Part shown: piece after piece, positions 60,222 through 64,000 of the stretch | How positions within the stretch are numbered: position 1 is the first letter of the stretch | How the letters are laid out: every line of letters starts with the position of its first letter | Assembly: GCF_030028105.1 (NCBI RefSeq) | Contig: NC_092372.1 | Coordinates: 198,501,898 to 198,565,897, forward strand | Reading direction: 5' to 3' | Origin: Mobula birostris | Taxonomy: Eukaryota | DNA length: 64,000 nt | Translations under genes and position numbers: made by a program | The notes under the pieces: model-generated | Told to the model about the DNA's origin: nothing | Seen by the model: the letters and a program-made list of their open reading frames with translations, nothing else | Database searches by the model: none

Positions 60222-63200
60222 TCAATCGCTTAAACACTTTTAACATCTGCTGACACTTCTTCAACTCGCCATGTGATCGTTCTTGCTGACAGGCTGATAG
60301 ATGCAAATAAAGATTTCTTTTCAGGACAAACAATATCCACCACTGTCAGTAAACATTCTTTCACAAACTCTCCATCTGTAAAAGGCTTCATCTTTTCTGC
60401 AACATGTTTTGAGACTTTGTAGCTGGCATGGGTATTTCCTTCATTTTCTCTGCTTTCCTTGGCAAAAAATGATGTTTGTTTTCCAAAACTAGCCTTCATT
60501 CGATCAACTTCATCTTTCCTTGCTTGTTCAGTAAACTTGTTCAAATTTCCACTACGGCGGGTCTCGTAATGTCGCCTGATATTCGCCAACAGCAACATTT
60601 TCTAGGCAAATGAGACAAACTGGTTTCCCAGTTTGCTCGATGTCAATGTAATCTCGTGTCAAAGTGACTTGGAAATTTCGGCACTCAGTGTCTACCTTGC
60701 TGCGTTTTGCATTCATTGCCATTGGAATTTTTTTCTTCGATTTTATTTCAAAATGCGAGTTATTCAACTAGTATCATAGCACATGTAAATATCTGGATAT
60801 TTAGCGTGGATTTATTGTTAAAACACAGTGACACTGTTTCTGTTTACAAATTTGAACGATCCCACCTGAAAACCTGCGCGTGCACGGTGAGTATCTAATA
60901 CATATTAATAAGGTAGTCTGTCTTCCCGTCATTCGTACATACCAGTGTTTGGTTTGGAACAAAACGGAACGTGGGGCCAGTGTAACAAGACGCCATGCAT
61001 GTTCATCAGTGTGCTCGCGTGAAACACTCAGAATAAGGAAAAATCGTTCGCGGGCCGGATAAGCATAATATCTCAATATTTGCTCGCAGGCCGGTCAACA
61101 TATCTTCGCGGGCCGGATCTGGCCCACGGGCCGTAGGGTGCCTACGCCTGATCTACATGATAATGTGGTTAACTGGATCAACAAATTTGCAGTGACAATA
61201 GATTGGGGGTGTAGCGGAGAGGGATCTGGATCAGCTGGGAAAAAAGGGCTGACAAACGGCAGATAAATCCAGGGTGTTGCACTTCAGTATGACCAATCAG
61301 GGTAAGTCTTACGCAGTGAATGATACAGACCTGAGGGGTGTGGTAGAACAAAGGGATCTGGGAATACAGTCCATAATTTATTGAAGGTGGCATCACAGGT
61401 AGATGGGATCGTAAAGAAAGTTTTTGATACATTGTCCTTCCTACAACAAAGGATTAAGTACAGGAGATGGGATATTTTGAAGTGGCATAAGAGGTTGGTG
61501 AGGCCTAATTTGGAGTATTGTGTACAGTTTTGGTCACTACCTAAAGGAAAGATGTAAATAAGGTTGAAAGAGTGGAGAGAAAATTTATAAGGATGTTACC
61601 CTTAGAATATAGAAGATTGAGAGGAGATTTGATAGAGATATACAAAATTATGAGGGGTGCAGATAGGGTAAATGCAAATAGGCTTGTACCACTGAGGTTG
61701 GGAGGGACTACAACCAGAGGTCATGGGTTAAGGGTGACAGGTGAAAAGTTTAAGGGGACCATGAGGGGAAACTTCTTTACTCAGAGGATTGTGAGAGATC
61801 GAACAAGCTGCCAGCACAAGTGGTGCATGTGAGCTTGATTTTAATGTTTAAGTGAAGTTTGGATAGGTACATGGGTGGTAGGGGTATGGACGGCTATGGT
61901 CCCAGTGTAGGTCGGTGGGATTAGGAGGTTTAAGTGGTTTTGGCATGAACTAGATGGGCCGAAGGGCCCGTTTCTGAGCTATGCTTTACTATGACTCTAT
62001 GGCTGTATGACCATTCTCTCTGTAATTCCTCTTTAAATCCATCTGCACTTTGAACTTCCTTTCCTTCTTAAGATGCTGCTCAAGCCTATTCCTGACTGAT
62101 CTATTTATCAGTCAGCCTGGTAACATCACTTAGGTTGAATTTAGATTCATAACTGTGCTGTGTTGCTCCATTTATCATTGCAGGCTATTGTTTGGTACAC
62201 GTCTATAATTCTATGATTTACTTAGTCAGATATTGATCTCAGAGAAACAAAGAGATTAATGCAAACTTTAAATAGTGCTTTTCTTTTTTTCAGGAAAATA
62301 GTGAAACTTAAATTCTTTACAGTTGACATCAAGGCAGTAGTGGCTGGGGTGTGGGAAGGGGTGATAGGCAGAGAAGGGAGGGAACAATATTTTGACCTTT
62401 GGCCCTCTCATCAAAACCTCGTGAGCCCAACATCCAGCCCAGCAGATGTTGTGGGAAGTCCTCTGCTATTGTTATCAGTGAAGTCTATCAGCAGAGTACT
62501 TCCCTTAATTTGGCAGCAATCTGTGTCCTTCTCAGCCCTGAACGCCGACCCTAAGTCATCTGTGATTTAAAAATTGACTTCTGGCTGGGTCCCAACGAGA
62601 CAGAACAAGGCCTGTAACCTTGAGTAATGGAAACGACTTACACTGACTGAAATAATGACAGGAAAAATGTTGTCTGTATAATCTGTAGGTCGATGTTTGC
62701 AAAGAAACAGAGGCTACCCATTAGCTGCCAATAATTATGACAAATTACTCCAGGTTCAACTGTGACGCCCTGCAGCATATCTGCTGACAAGCCGCTCTGT
62801 GGGGGGTGATATTCAGTGAGAGGTCAAGCTCACAATGGATGGCAAGGATCATTAATGAAGCTTGAAAATCAAATGGCTCTAATGCAAGCCTCTGACTATT
62901 ACTCAAAGGATTATTCAAGGCGCTGCCTGCTACATGTTTCAAAGTTCTTCATACCTTACGTTCCCTTGGTAACAATCACTGAGATATGTACTTTGCTGTC
63001 AGAAATTACTGAGGGACAGCTCAACTCAATTTTCAGGCTGCTTTACTTGGATTCGTCCTGTAATAATTCAAACTGCCCATGACCTTCCACCTCAGTTTAA
63101 CAAAGGGCCAGGTTGCGATCCTTTACATTGCCGGGAAGTACGAGGTTAAATCAACTGTCTAACAAGGTTTGCGGCTTCAAGCTGCAACAGATTGACAGCA

Positions 63201-63824
63201 CCTTTTCACTGTGGGCTGAATCAAATCAATTCCAAAGGAAAACCTTTTAGCCCTGAGCCCGGCAAGGATCCACTGGGCCGACTGGCTTCCTTCTGTGCTC
63301 TAACAATTCAGTAATTCCAGGATTCTTGTTGGCTTAAGTCATTACATGGGCAGCAAATGGTCAACAATGTCAGCTGTGGGGCATTGTACAAATCCAGAGA
63401 CAAGTAGAACTGCCCAAGGAAGAACTTTCACTTCAGGAGTTGGTATTGTCATTCCAAGTATTTCTGAATGCTAGCCTTAAGGATGCCAGATGTGTACTAT
63501 GTCAGCTTATTTGCCAGATGTGGCACTGAGGGAGAGTCAACATATGCTGTTGTAGGGCTGGTTGCTGCAAGGTATCCAGGTCCCATTTATGACATGGGCA
63601 CTGACCTAGAAATCTTACTGAATTGTGAAATATTTACTTAAAGTACACAAATAAATATGCAAAAATGCTTGAATTAGAAGGTAAGAAAGTAGTCAGGTTT
63701 AGAGAGAGAGAGTAGGTTTAAGTATGTAAATTCAGATTTTCATTCATTTTTGTACTTTTATTAAGTTTTCTCACTGCGGCCAGATGCAGGAAATTTAGAG
63801 TAACACACAGAAAACACAAGTCAA

Positions 63825-64000
63825 GCAAAGTTCAAAGCTCAAAGAAAATGTATTATGAATGTACATATAAGTCGCCATATACAACCTTGAGATTCACTTT
63901 CTTATAGGCATACTGAATAAATCTAATAACTATAATAGAATCAATGGAAGATCACACCAACAGGCTGGACAAACAGTGTGCAAAAGACAACAAACTGTGC
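63825..64000 (-). mobile_element. Rex-Babar 3'UTR (continues past the window end)
   Basis: AGTTCAAAG...GTACATATAAGTCGCCATATACAACCTTGAGATTCAC matches 9060-9120, 10420-10570 and 45240-45315. Confidence 0.8.

Larger units (their letters stand above)
58016..60722 (-). pseudogene. hAT transposase (GTF2IRD2/SPIN-like), frameshifted and interrupted
   Basis: KRSKVDTECRNFQ; PVCLIC..NIRRHYET (BED-like); KPFTDGEFVKEC; LDESTD; ITTDGAPAM; HCIIHQEAL; VRWLSRG; FGSTYMCEQLFSKMK; C-terminal QVSH*. Confidence 0.9.
57669..61150 (-). mobile_element. hAT-Charlie (Buster/SPIN-group) DNA transposon, full span
   Basis: TIRs CAGGAGCCGGCAACCT and (reverse complement) CAGGCGTAGGCACCCT. 8-bp TSD ATCTAGAT / ATCTACAT fits the NTCTAGAN Charlie target. 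Subterminal GCGGGCCGGAT repeats. Confidence 0.92.
57378..62010 (+). mobile_element. CR1 RT/3' fragment split by the hAT transposon (57378-57668 plus 61151-62010)
   Basis: VDVVYMDFSKAFD...SGVPQ...FSNDLD, resuming (L)HDNVVNWINKFA after the hAT and continuing to the CR1 tail. Confidence 0.9.

Noticed and set aside
58016-60722. Domesticated GTF2IRD2/EPM2AIP1-like gene
   Set aside because: Multiple frameshifts, a nested SINE/LINE, and retained TIRs and TSD show it is a dead transposon copy.
62280-62570. Coding exon after the strong acceptor TTTTCTTTTTTTCAG
   Set aside because: The open frame (KIVKLKFFTVDIKAVV...) matches nothing I recognise, and no partner exons were found.
1-64000. Short ORFs in the ORF track as host genes
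   Set aside because: Those I can identify are TE fragments or their antisense/alternate frames. The rest are short, have no recognisable domain and show no coherent exon chain.

Overview
Eukaryotic, repeat-dense, apparently intergenic or deep-intronic DNA. The repeat repertoire (CR1 with SGNH-esterase ORF1, HE1-type V-SINEs, Rex-Babar, Penelope, RTE, L1-clade, Gypsy, hAT-Charlie) points to a cartilaginous fish, probably a ray or shark; this is inferred, not searched. I recognised no host protein-coding exon. Essentially every ORF-track product I can identify comes from a transposable element. Main features: a near-intact full-length CR1 LINE (14833-19208, -), a degenerate two-LTR Gypsy provirus (20478-24139), and a full-span hAT-Charlie transposon in a four-level nest (57669-61150). 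Several TE-poor, TAAT-rich stretches look like conserved non-coding elements. Two signals stand out. (1) A U_UUA_AAC slippery heptamer sits at the ORF1/ORF2 junction of three divergent CR1 copies, in -1 register, suggesting programmed ribosomal frameshifting in a LINE. (2) A family of ~90-140 bp TSD-flanked Penelope-derived insertions starts at a minimal hammerhead ribozyme motif. Coordinates were read by eye, and boundaries of old repeats are approximate.
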